The notes under the pieces are model-generated. The model was not told where the DNA came from and made no database searches. It worked only from the letters and a program-made list of their open reading frames with translations. From Kiritimatiellia bacterium (GTDB lineage Bacteria; Verrucomicrobiota; Kiritimatiellia; RFP12; UBA1067), in NCBI GenBank assembly GCA_045656285.1, contig JAZOQY010000041.1, positions 129,404 through 193,403 on the forward strand: a stretch of DNA of 64,000 nucleotides. Reading direction: 5' to 3'. This document shows positions 28,259 to 36,602 of this stretch, piece after piece; positions within the stretch are counted from its first letter, which is position 1; the number at the start of each line of letters is the position of its first letter. Both the position numbers and the translations under genes were made by a program.

Positions 28259-28267
28259 ATTATATCA
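28259..28267 (-). promoter_or_regulatory. Extended −10 TGATATAAT, 9 nt upstream of the rimO ATG (candidate leaderless promoter). Its TGA is the stop codon of the upstream ketosynthase (KS) gene
   Basis: Minus-strand sequence reads TGATATAAT-TGAACAGTC-ATG. Confidence 0.4.
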
Positions 28268-29407
28268 CAATCTTCCGAAAATCACACTCGCATTGCTGCC
28301 GCCGAACGCAAAGGAATTGGAAAGCGCGACGTTCACCTTTACGGCGTTGCCCTTCTCGGCGATCCTGAATGGGGCAATGGAGGAATCGACCTCGTCTGTG
28401 ACATGGGCAGGCACCCCGGCGCCTTTCTGGATCGCCAGGCAGCACAGAGCCGCCTCAAGGGCCCCCGCCGCCCCCAACGCGTGCCCGACGAGAGGCTTTG
28501 TCGAGCTGCACAGGACATCCGCTCCGAAAACACGCGACACCGCCGCGCATTCCATGGAGTCGTTGTATGTCGTTCCTGTTCCGTGGAGATTCACGTAATC
28601 GACCTCGCCCGGCTCGAGATTCGCATCGGCAAGAGCCGCGCGCATGGCCGCCTCGGCTCCGCGGCCTTCGGGATCGGGTGCCGTCAAATGGTAGGCGTCC
28701 GAGGTTTCGCCGACTCCCAGAAGCGCCACGCCGCGCTCTCCTTCATCGGCTTTCCTGAGTATGAAGAGCGCGACGCCCTCGCCGAGGTTTATCCCGTCGC
28801 GACCGGGGGAAAGCGGCCTTGTCAAAGTAGACGAAACAGCCTCAAGGGCGCTGAACCCGTTTACGACAATACGCGTCATCGCATCGGCTCCGCCGACCAG
28901 GACTGCGTCGCAGATCCCGTTTTCGATCAGGCGCCGCGCGGAGGCGAAAACTTTAGCGCTGGACGAGCATGCCGTCGACACGGCCCAGCACGGCCCGCCC
29001 AGAGCGCACTTTTCTTTTATGCGCATGGCGGGATAGCTCATGTCTATCCTGTCCGAAGGCCTGAATTCCTCAAGCGTGGAATTGCTGGTCCCGAGAACAA
29101 CGCCGATGCGTTCGGGACTGCAGCGCCTTTTCAAATCTTCTACGGCGGGCATGAGATTCGAAAGCGCGACATCCACAAGCGCGCCGATACGGGTGGGCGA
29201 GGCCGCCAGTTCCTCATCCGTAAGCGGCACCGACCCGAAAAACGTCTTTTCGCCCGATGTTATTATGCCGTCAAGCTCTTTCATGCCGGACGTATCGCCG
29301 GCTGTCATGCGCGCGTGCGTTGATTCGTTATCGCGCCCGAGAGCGCTTACGATCGTAAAATCGGAGATCAGATAACGGTTTTTATTCTCTTTATCGGCAC
29401 TTTCCAT
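28265..29407 (-). CDS. β-ketoacyl-ACP synthase (FabB/FabF-like ketosynthase (KS)) belonging to a specialised lipid cassette
   Basis: KS fold with Cys-His-His (…VSTACSSS…, …YVNLHGTGT…, …GHALGAAG…). Start re-picked at MESADKENK (ATG 29405–29407); the upstream part of the track ORF is Arg/Cys-rich and unlike KS N-termini. Confidence 0.8.
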   Translation of the reverse strand: MESADKENKNRYLISDFTIVSALGRDNESTHARMTAGDTSGMKELDGIITSGEKTFFGSVPLTDEELAASPTRIGALVDVALSNLMPAVEDLKRRCSPERIGVVLGTSNSTLEEFRPSDRIDMSYPAMRIKEKCALGGPCWAVSTACSSSAKVFASARRLIENGICDAVLVGGADAMTRIVVNGFSALEAVSSTLTRPLSPGRDGINLGEGVALFILRKADEGERGVALLGVGETSDAYHLTAPDPEGRGAEAAMRAALADANLEPGEVDYVNLHGTGTTYNDSMECAAVSRVFGADVLCSSTKPLVGHALGAAGALEAALCCLAIQKGAGVPAHVTDEVDSSIAPFRIAEKGNAVKVNVALSNSFAFGGSNASVIFGRL

Positions 29408-29417
29408 AAGCAACCCT

Positions 29418-32354
29418 TCATTGGACGTTCCACGTAAAATCCTGAAGCGGCCAGGCATCGCGCAGCTTAAGCAGTTCGATCGCATACGCCCTGGACATCT
29501 GCCTGGCTTCGGGCGGCATGCGCTTGACGAAAACACGGTATTTGCGACCGCCCGTCGAAATGCACGAAACAAAATAGACAGGATGCTCCAGCGCGGCGGC
29601 GAACCTGAAGACGCCTTCGGCCAATTCGACCTTCCGGCCGTCGACCTCCTCGATGCGCTTGCGCCCGAAGCTTCTGTCTCCGGCCATCAATATCGCATCG
29701 CCATCATCAAGCCTTTCCCCGGCGAAGAACACAGTGCCGGGATTGAACTCCGAAATCGGATGGATAACAACCTTGTTGCGCCGCTGATGCTTAAGGTAGA
29801 AGGCGTTGAAGACACCCGTGCGAGCAAACTCCATCCATGCGTGGAAAGTCACTTCGCATTCGCCGAGCGCGGCAAGGACCTCGATCGTTCCGACATGGGA
29901 GGAAAGGACAAAAACACCCTTCTTTGCGCTTACGTCGTTTATGAAATCTGCGGCATCCCGAGAATCGTCAAGCTCCACAACGGGCTTTGAGCGTCCGTCT
30001 GCCATAACGACCATCTTGTCCGCAAGCGAGCGCGTAAAGTTCATGACCTTGCCGAGCTTCGGAGAAGCCCTTCTCACGCCCGGCGAACATATCCACATGA
30101 AAAAGCCCGTGCCGGAAGCCGCAAAATGGAAAAACCCCAAGCCGAAAACCCTGTATATCGCCCAGATCAGCGCAAGCCCGAACGGAGTAGACGCGTATTC
30201 GGAAGTATCTTTGCGGGGAACGAAGAGAAGCGAAATCATGTACGCGACGGGCAGGCCGACGGCAAGCGAAAGCCCGAAAGCCCTGACGACAGGGAATGAA
30301 ACGAAAACGAGCGAACCGAAACCTACAAAGCTTGTCAAAAAGGCAAATGTCACGCTCCTGACGGAGTTCTCTTCGCCGGAACGCGCGAAAACCGCGTAAT
30401 CGACACCCATGCCGGCAAGCAGGAAAAGCGCCAAAAGATGGAAAAGATTGACGCCGACCCCCGTCAACGACAGGAATCCGAGCACTGAAACCACCGCCGC
30501 GAGCGAAGGGAATGCGACCGCAAACGCTTTGCGCCCGAAAAGCGCAACAAGAACAATCACCATCGCAACAAGCGAAAGCAACAGCCACAAGCCGATTTCT
30601 TCGGTCCACTCATCCAAAATCCCTTCAAGCGTTTTGCGCGGCTGACAGAACGAGACGCCTTCAACCGCCCCTTCGGACGTCAACACCTCCGGTCGCTGCA
30701 CCGACGAAAGAATCAAAGCTCCGTCCCGCACAAAGAGACTCTTCAACGAATCGGGAACATCGCTCCAAGTCCAGGCTCGAGGTTCGTCCGGGAGCGTCAA
30801 TTCCTCCAATCCGAGTCGGCTTTTGACATATTCGCCCTGCTCTTTGTAGAGAAGCACGACAGCCTCATGCTGCGACTGCCGCTTTTTGAGAGACGGCATG
30901 AAACGCGAAAGGCATGGCACGTCCGGAGGGAGTTCCAAGGACTCTTCCCTTTCGAGAAGCGTCTCAAGATCATCCGGACCGTCCGTCACGAGAAAGCCGC
31001 GGTTTTCGTCAGCCGAGCCGTTTATTTCCGCCAGCGTGCGCTCGGCGTCCGCAAGTTCTTCAGGCGGAGCGTAAAGAGATGTAATGGCGGTCTTGAACCC
31101 AAAGGAACAAAAGCCGGCAAACGAAGCGGCAAACGCGACAACTCCAAAAAAACGCAAGATCTTAACAGGCGGAGAAATGCGCTTGACGGAAGACAAATCG
31201 CCGTATCCGTCAGAGGGAAAGAGGAAAAGCACACAAAACAGAGCCGCCGCAAGCCCGACGCCGATGAATACGCCGCTTTGGCGAAGCACGGGGATGGACG
31301 AAAACAAAAGAGGCAGAAGAGTAATCTCGGTAGTGACAAAAGAAACGACAAGACTTCTTGCCGTCGCGCGAACATCGCCGGAACGGCGCAACAGCCAATG
31401 ATATCCGTAATCGACGACAAGCCCCAGAAGAGTCGTTGCGAAAAGCACTGTCACCACATGGATTTCCGAAAAGACAGACACCAGCGCCAAAGAGCCTGTC
31501 AACGCGGAGAAAAGCAGCAGATAGGCCAAAAGAAAAATCGATTTCAAGGAACGGAACACAAGCAAGGACAGCAAAAGGACAAACATCAGGGAAACGAAAC
31601 CCAGAACTGTCGTCTCGAATTTGCATTTGGCGGCAGAATACGCGCTGTGCATCGGAATTCCGCAGGCGGATGCCGAGACGCTCTCGCTCCTGACATTCTG
31701 AAGAACGTTTTCCAGACGCCCGCGGAAAGCGATAAGCGCATCCATATCGCCAACCAGAGAATCGCCAAGCTCCATCGCGAGCAGAATGTGATGTTCGCCA
31801 TTTTTTTCGGCCGTCAGAAAACCGGTGGAAAAATCGGGCTTGAACGACGACTCGGAGTTCGCAAACGCCTTTGCAAACCCGTCCGTCAGCAGAAAAGGAT
31901 CTTCGTCAACCGGAAACAGCGGCGGCACAATCGACTGGAAAGCGCTCTTGACGGCTCTGCGAGCGATCTTGGAACGTCCTTCAGCCGAGGCCAGCAGTTC
32001 AGCATCGCCCGACGAGACAAGCCCGGAATCATTTTTCCTGCAAAGGTCGGCTATTTCCTCGACCTCGCCTCCGTCTATCCGGAATCTCACGCTTTTGCAT
32101 TCATTGGCCGGAAGATTATCTGCAAGATATTCCGCCGCTTTCAACGCATCCTGTCGATTTCCGGAGGAAACCAGAACAGGAACGACATCATCAGACCCGT
32201 TGCGCACAGCCTCCGGAACGGAATCCGCGGCGGAGCCCACCAAATCATAAAGTGAACTTTTAAGCTCTACGCGTCCAAAAGCAAACACGCACGCCAGCGC
32301 ACACAGGAGCGCCGCGACCGGAGCAGCGGCTTTAGCTGTTCGTTTCAGCGTCAT
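29418..32354 (-). CDS. MMPL-family RND-like exporter fused at its C-terminus to an LpxL/HtrB-like acyltransferase domain
   Basis: aa 1–~715 carry two 6-TM bundles with MMPL signatures (…GLVVDYGYHWL…, …AGMGVDYAVF…) and two large periplasmic loops. aa ~720–978 carry a hydrophobic anchor plus …KKGVFVLSSHVGTIEVLAAL… (HX4E), collinear with the LpxL-like gene at 19260–20078. Confidence 0.75.
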   Translation of the reverse strand: MTLKRTAKAAAPVAALLCALACVFAFGRVELKSSLYDLVGSAADSVPEAVRNGSDDVVPVLVSSGNRQDALKAAEYLADNLPANECKSVRFRIDGGEVEEIADLCRKNDSGLVSSGDAELLASAEGRSKIARRAVKSAFQSIVPPLFPVDEDPFLLTDGFAKAFANSESSFKPDFSTGFLTAEKNGEHHILLAMELGDSLVGDMDALIAFRGRLENVLQNVRSESVSASACGIPMHSAYSAAKCKFETTVLGFVSLMFVLLLSLLVFRSLKSIFLLAYLLLFSALTGSLALVSVFSEIHVVTVLFATTLLGLVVDYGYHWLLRRSGDVRATARSLVVSFVTTEITLLPLLFSSIPVLRQSGVFIGVGLAAALFCVLFLFPSDGYGDLSSVKRISPPVKILRFFGVVAFAASFAGFCSFGFKTAITSLYAPPEELADAERTLAEINGSADENRGFLVTDGPDDLETLLEREESLELPPDVPCLSRFMPSLKKRQSQHEAVVLLYKEQGEYVKSRLGLEELTLPDEPRAWTWSDVPDSLKSLFVRDGALILSSVQRPEVLTSEGAVEGVSFCQPRKTLEGILDEWTEEIGLWLLLSLVAMVIVLVALFGRKAFAVAFPSLAAVVSVLGFLSLTGVGVNLFHLLALFLLAGMGVDYAVFARSGEENSVRSVTFAFLTSFVGFGSLVFVSFPVVRAFGLSLAVGLPVAYMISLLFVPRKDTSEYASTPFGLALIWAIYRVFGLGFFHFAASGTGFFMWICSPGVRRASPKLGKVMNFTRSLADKMVVMADGRSKPVVELDDSRDAADFINDVSAKKGVFVLSSHVGTIEVLAALGECEVTFHAWMEFARTGVFNAFYLKHQRRNKVVIHPISEFNPGTVFFAGERLDDGDAILMAGDRSFGRKRIEEVDGRKVELAEGVFRFAAALEHPVYFVSCISTGGRKYRVFVKRMPPEARQMSRAYAIELLKLRDAWPLQDFTWNVQ

Positions 32355-32947
32355 TTATCTTTCCAGAGCAAATGCGTCGAGCGGGAAATTTCCTTGAACT
32401 CGATCTTCGTGATTCCGCCGCCTTTGGTGCGCATGACGATACGGTCAACCGTACTGTCGCCGACAATCTCGACTTCCTCCATGATTCTGCGAGCCCTCCA
32501 GTTCGAGGGCTTGAAAACGGCCTTCCATCCGCCATTCTCCCCGGGCGAGAACTCCATGTCGACCATTGCCTTGAACGCGCCAGAATCACCGCCGAGAAAG
32601 GCATCGCACGCTTCTCGTATGCGGGCATAATGAGGAAGTTCCGAAAGCGATTTCTCGCGACGCCCGTCCTCGTCGGCAAAAACCATCTTATCCTTCGTCA
32701 TGGAAATCCTTTCGGCGAACGGAAAGCGCACATCCCATACAATGCCCTTTTGGGAGGCGCACGAAACGAGCCCCGTCGAAACAAGAGTCCGATCGGAACC
32801 CGCGAGCTTCCGTTCCATCTTCCACGAAGCGTCAGCATCCAAAGCACGACGCAGCGCAGATTCGCACCTGGAGCGGAGAGACGGCTGCTCAAGCGCCATC
32901 GACGTGCAGGAAAACAGCAGCGCAAACCCCAAACAAAGGTATTTCAT
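32351..32947 (-). CDS. LolA-like periplasmic lipoprotein-carrier-fold protein (putative, ApeL-like)
   Basis: Signal peptide MKYLCLGFALLFSCTSMA. About 200-aa mature protein of LolA/LppX-like size and β-rich composition, sitting between the AMP-ligase and MMPL genes as in aryl-polyene (APE)-type cassettes. Start re-picked at ATG 32945–32947, forming an ATGA overlap. Confidence 0.45.
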   Translation of the reverse strand: MKYLCLGFALLFSCTSMALEQPSLRSRCESALRRALDADASWKMERKLAGSDRTLVSTGLVSCASQKGIVWDVRFPFAERISMTKDKMVFADEDGRREKSLSELPHYARIREACDAFLGGDSGAFKAMVDMEFSPGENGGWKAVFKPSNWRARRIMEEVEIVGDSTVDRIVMRTKGGGITKIEFKEISRSTHLLWKDK

Positions 32948-34260
32948 CGACTTTTCCTTTCCCAAATTCCCGAAGCGCAAGGCCCCCGGAGACCAACCAG
33001 CGAAAACGACCATGAGTCATCGCTCTTTTTGTCTATCTGCAAAGACACTTCTGTCCCCGGGAAAATGACCTTCTGGAATTTCAGCTGGCGCAGAATGCAT
33101 GCGTCAGGAAACGAAGAAAACGCCTGTCGCGCAAAATGCCTTATGAAATAAAGCTGCGCCACGCCGGCGAGAACCGGGAACTTCGGGAAATGCCCGTCAA
33201 AACATTTCATGTCCGGAGGAAACACAAACTTGGCCGACAGGCGATTCGCGCCGAGAGACCACCCGGTCACCGCCGGTTCGCAGCACCACATGTCCAGCAT
33301 TGTCCGAACTGAAGCTACGGTTGTCTTTCCCTGCTCGTTCACCGGCAGCGCGCGGACAAATCTCATGCGGCGCGGAAACGCGGCCTGTTCGACAAGCGGC
33401 GCAATATCGCGTCTCAAACGGGCAGCCAAGCCGCCGACAGTGCCTTTAGCCAGCGCTTCGAGGCCTTCCGGCGAAAGCACGATCAGCGCACCCGTCCTCG
33501 CGACGGCGCCGGAGCAGACTTCGACTCGCACGCGATCTACGAGAGGATGGGACTTGAAGGCCTTTTCAACAGCGGAAAGCGAAACGTACTTCTCGAGTAT
33601 TTTGACGCGACGGTCCAAGCGCGCTCCGAGGACGAAAGTTCGGTCAGAAGTGAATTTTATCGAGTCGGTCATGACGAAAGGACGCGACATGGCGTGGGGC
33701 GAGTCGACCTCAAGGCCGCCCTCGGAAGAAAGACGCGCGTTGACGACAGGACAGAGCGTCCATTCCTCGCCGTTTATCCTTCTGCGCCAGGCCACGGAGC
33801 CCGCCTCGGTCGAGCCGTAAATTTCAAACGGAGAAGTTCCGAGCGTTTCATGGATCGCCTTCGACGTTTCTTCCGCGAGCAGGCTGCCGGAAGTCACGAT
33901 CGAGACGAACATCCCCTTCAGCGCCGCGAAATCCGGATGCCCGAGCGCTTTTTCGAGGAACGACGGCGTCGTCACAAAAAGAATCTTTCCGTATTTCGCG
34001 CACAGGGCGGAAAGTTCCTCGACAGACGTCACGATCGCCGGATCGACGGTCGAGCCGGCGATCGCGGGCGCACGTACGCGCCACAACGCTCCGTACATGT
34101 GCTCGGGACGCACGGTCGAAACCACAACGGGAGCCCGGCACCAGATGTCCGGAAAGGAATTCACAAGCTGAGTCGCATCTGCCATAAGCGACTCTTCGGT
34201 TCTCACGATGCGTTTTGCATCCCCCGTAGAACCGGACGAATGGAAAATCACCTCAGACAT
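32944..34260 (-). CDS. Adenylate-forming (AMP-binding) enzyme lacking the usual N-terminal region, fused to a C-terminal FabA/FabZ-like hotdog dehydratase domain
   Basis: Begins directly at the P-loop-like IFHSSGSTGDAKRIV. Also carries YGSTEAG, …GKILEKYVSLS…, and a C-terminal subdomain …ALPVNEQGKTTV…. aa ~330–438 read FDGHFPKFPVLAGVAQL, to be compared with fabZ GHFPDFPVVPGVVLVEAMAQ in this window. Confidence 0.7.
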   Translation of the reverse strand: MSEVIFHSSGSTGDAKRIVRTEESLMADATQLVNSFPDIWCRAPVVVSTVRPEHMYGALWRVRAPAIAGSTVDPAIVTSVEELSALCAKYGKILFVTTPSFLEKALGHPDFAALKGMFVSIVTSGSLLAEETSKAIHETLGTSPFEIYGSTEAGSVAWRRRINGEEWTLCPVVNARLSSEGGLEVDSPHAMSRPFVMTDSIKFTSDRTFVLGARLDRRVKILEKYVSLSAVEKAFKSHPLVDRVRVEVCSGAVARTGALIVLSPEGLEALAKGTVGGLAARLRRDIAPLVEQAAFPRRMRFVRALPVNEQGKTTVASVRTMLDMWCCEPAVTGWSLGANRLSAKFVFPPDMKCFDGHFPKFPVLAGVAQLYFIRHFARQAFSSFPDACILRQLKFQKVIFPGTEVSLQIDKKSDDSWSFSLVGLRGPCASGIWERKSR

Positions 34261-34639
34261 TCAACACTCTCCTGCGGTAGATATATTCACCGAGAAACAG
34301 GCCGCCCATCAGCAGATACGACAGGAAACCGTTGTAAAAAGCCCATACGCCGGGAGAAAGAAAAACGCTCGCCAGGCTCGCCATGAAATTAAATGCAAGA
34401 AACACGGTCCATACAACCGTCAGCTTCCTGCAGTAACGAACGCCTTTTTCGTCCAGATCACCCCGCATTCTCCTGGCGAAAGCCTCGCAAACGGGAGTCC
34501 GGAAAAGCGAAACGAAAAAAACGAAAAAGGCTATCAGGTTCATGATGACGGGATAAAGCCTGAAATATATTCTGCCTTTGAAGAAATAAACTCCCCAAAC
34601 GGCAAGAACAGGCAATATCGCCGTCAGAACTCGCTTCAT
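34253..34639 (-). CDS. Small four-TM membrane protein of unknown function (ApeG-like position)
   Basis: 128 aa, hydrophobic. Translationally coupled: ATGA with the ACP stop, 8-bp overlap with the AMP-ligase gene. Confidence 0.5.
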   Translation of the reverse strand: MKRVLTAILPVLAVWGVYFFKGRIYFRLYPVIMNLIAFFVFFVSLFRTPVCEAFARRMRGDLDEKGVRYCRKLTVVWTVFLAFNFMASLASVFLSPGVWAFYNGFLSYLLMGGLFLGEYIYRRRVLNV

Positions 34640-34893
34640 TTACCCTGCTCGTTCATCAAACGGAGGACAACGTCGGCGACGTCGCCTATCGTGCGGATCG
34701 ACTTGAAATCCTCCGCCTTAACCTTGAGCCCGGTCTGATTCTGCAAACGGACGACAAGATCCACAGCATCGATGCTGTCAAGATCAAGATCCTCGAAAAG
34801 ACGGGACTCCGGAGTAAGAGTCGCGGCATCGCATTCGAACTCTTCAACCAAAACGGACTTGATCGCCTCTACGGCCTCTTCCCTGGTCTTCAT
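34636..34893 (-). CDS. Acyl carrier protein
   Basis: 85 aa. The phosphopantetheine-attachment motif is LDLDSIDAVDLV. A GGAGGA SD lies inside the preceding ACP gene. Confidence 0.85.
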   Translation of the reverse strand: MKTREEAVEAIKSVLVEEFECDAATLTPESRLFEDLDLDSIDAVDLVVRLQNQTGLKVKAEDFKSIRTIGDVADVVLRLMNEQGK

Positions 34894-34896
34894 TGT

Positions 34897-35175
34897 TCAG
34901 TCCTCCAGCTGGATATCCGCATTGGCCGCAATAAAGCTTGCAAGCGTGGACACGGACTTGAAATGCTCCTTGTTCTCTTCGGAATTCGCTTTGAACTTGA
35001 CCTGGTATTTCTTTCTGAGCGCCACTCCGATTTCAAGAGCGTCAATGCTGTCAAGCCCGACACCGTCGCCGAACAGAGGCTTGTCTGATTCAATGTCGGC
35101 AGCAGTAAGTCCATCCATCTCGACGGAGTTCAAAATAACCTGCCTTATTTCCTCTTCTAATTCAACTCTTTTCAT
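34897..35175 (-). CDS. Acyl carrier protein
   Basis: 92 aa. Attachment motif GVGLDSIDALEI. Confidence 0.85.
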   Translation of the reverse strand: MKRVELEEEIRQVILNSVEMDGLTAADIESDKPLFGDGVGLDSIDALEIGVALRKKYQVKFKANSEENKEHFKSVSTLASFIAANADIQLED

Positions 35176-35216
35176 AAGTAACTTTTTGTTGTGATTGTTG
35201 TTTTCTTTATCTAAAA

Positions 35217-36602
35217 TCAGCTTTGGTTCCTTGGATCGCTCTTTTTAGAAAAGATCAGCGAATACGCCAGAACAACGGCAAAGCATATCACGGGAACAAT
35301 GAACGACGCGCGAAGCGAGGCATTGGAAAGCTTCAGGTTCGTATCCCAAGTGGAATCAAACATATAAGTCAATTTTGCCCAAAGGGAATTCTGGCTTCCA
35401 ATAATCTGAGCCATCCAGGGCGTGAGAAGCGCTCCGCCGACGATAGCCATAATAAGCCCCGCCGCACCAATCTTATGGGCGCGGGAATCAATTCCGCCAA
35501 GTGCGATGCCGTATATCGTGGGAAACATAAGCGACATAAAGCCGCTCATAAGAATAAGGCAGATAACATTCCATGAAAAAGGAAGTCCGCAAACGGTAAA
35601 AATTACCTTCGTCGGGATATACATGACGCCAAAAGAACACGCTATCGCGCAAACGGCAAAAAGCGCCATCAGTTTCGCAGGATCGACATATTTCATACAG
35701 AACGTCGCAACCCATCGGCAGAGGATGAACGTGCAAATGGCGATAAGATAATACGTAGCGCCGTCCTTTGCCGTAACCCCAAGTTCCTTTTGGCAATAAA
35801 CATTCATCCAGGTCCAGGCCGCGATCTGAACCCCGACATAAAAGACCTGTGCAATCACGCCGAGATACCATTTAGGTGAACGGATAAGAATTTTGAAAAT
35901 CTCCGCGAAATCCGTCTTTTCCGCCTGTACCTCGTCTACACTTGAGCGTTTTGAGAAAAAGAAGAAAAACCAGATTAACGCGCAAATTACACAGAGCCCC
36001 ACATAGGGAACACACACCCAAAACAGTTCATTGCGCACGATACCGTCTAGCGCGGCAGGATCCATATTAGCGCGCTCATCTGCCGTCGCCGGATGAAGGT
36101 TCGCAAGAATGAACTGCTGCGCAAGAAGGATTCCAGCAAGGGAACCTAACGGATTGAACATCTGCGCAAAATTTAAGCGTCTGACTGACGTAGACTCATC
36201 GCCCAGCGCGAGAACATAGGGATTGCATGTCGTTTCAAGAACGGCGCACCCTCCGGCTACAATGAAAATTCCGACAATATATGTCCAAAAACTCTGAGCA
36301 ATACAGGCAGGAACATACAACATCGCGCCAATGACATATACGCCTAGACCGACGAGAACGCCTACCCGATAACCTTTCTTCTGTATCAACAGCGAAGCGA
36401 ATATCGCAATAACAGAATATGCCCCGTAGAACGATATCTGCACATACCCCGCCGTAGACTGACTTGTACGGAAAATCTTCTGAAACGCAGGGACGAGATT
36501 GTCCGTCATGTTGTTCAAAAGCCCCCAGAGCGCGAAGCAGCTGACGAGCATGATGAAGATGGAAAGATACTTGCGCGGGACGACGGGGGCGTTGCTGTTC
36601 AT
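35217..36602 (-). CDS. MFS sugar transporter, FucP/GluP (fucose/glucose/galactose:H+ symporter) family
   Basis: 12 TM helices. FucP-type N-terminal loop …LNNMTDNLVPAFQKIF…. 461 aa. Confidence 0.7.
   Translation of the reverse strand: MNSNAPVVPRKYLSIFIMLVSCFALWGLLNNMTDNLVPAFQKIFRTSQSTAGYVQISFYGAYSVIAIFASLLIQKKGYRVGVLVGLGVYVIGAMLYVPACIAQSFWTYIVGIFIVAGGCAVLETTCNPYVLALGDESTSVRRLNFAQMFNPLGSLAGILLAQQFILANLHPATADERANMDPAALDGIVRNELFWVCVPYVGLCVICALIWFFFFFSKRSSVDEVQAEKTDFAEIFKILIRSPKWYLGVIAQVFYVGVQIAAWTWMNVYCQKELGVTAKDGATYYLIAICTFILCRWVATFCMKYVDPAKLMALFAVCAIACSFGVMYIPTKVIFTVCGLPFSWNVICLILMSGFMSLMFPTIYGIALGGIDSRAHKIGAAGLIMAIVGGALLTPWMAQIIGSQNSLWAKLTYMFDSTWDTNLKLSNASLRASFIVPVICFAVVLAYSLIFSKKSDPRNQS

Noticed and set aside
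27716-29323. 535-aa plus-strand ORF opposite the rimO and KS genes
   Set aside because: It is an antisense shadow ORF. It overlaps two conserved minus-strand genes, and it is Arg-rich and low in complexity.
30867-32255. 462-aa plus-strand ORF opposite the MMPL gene, Lys/Arg/Gln-rich
   Set aside because: It is antisense to the MMPL exporter. It has extreme basic composition and no fold-like pattern.
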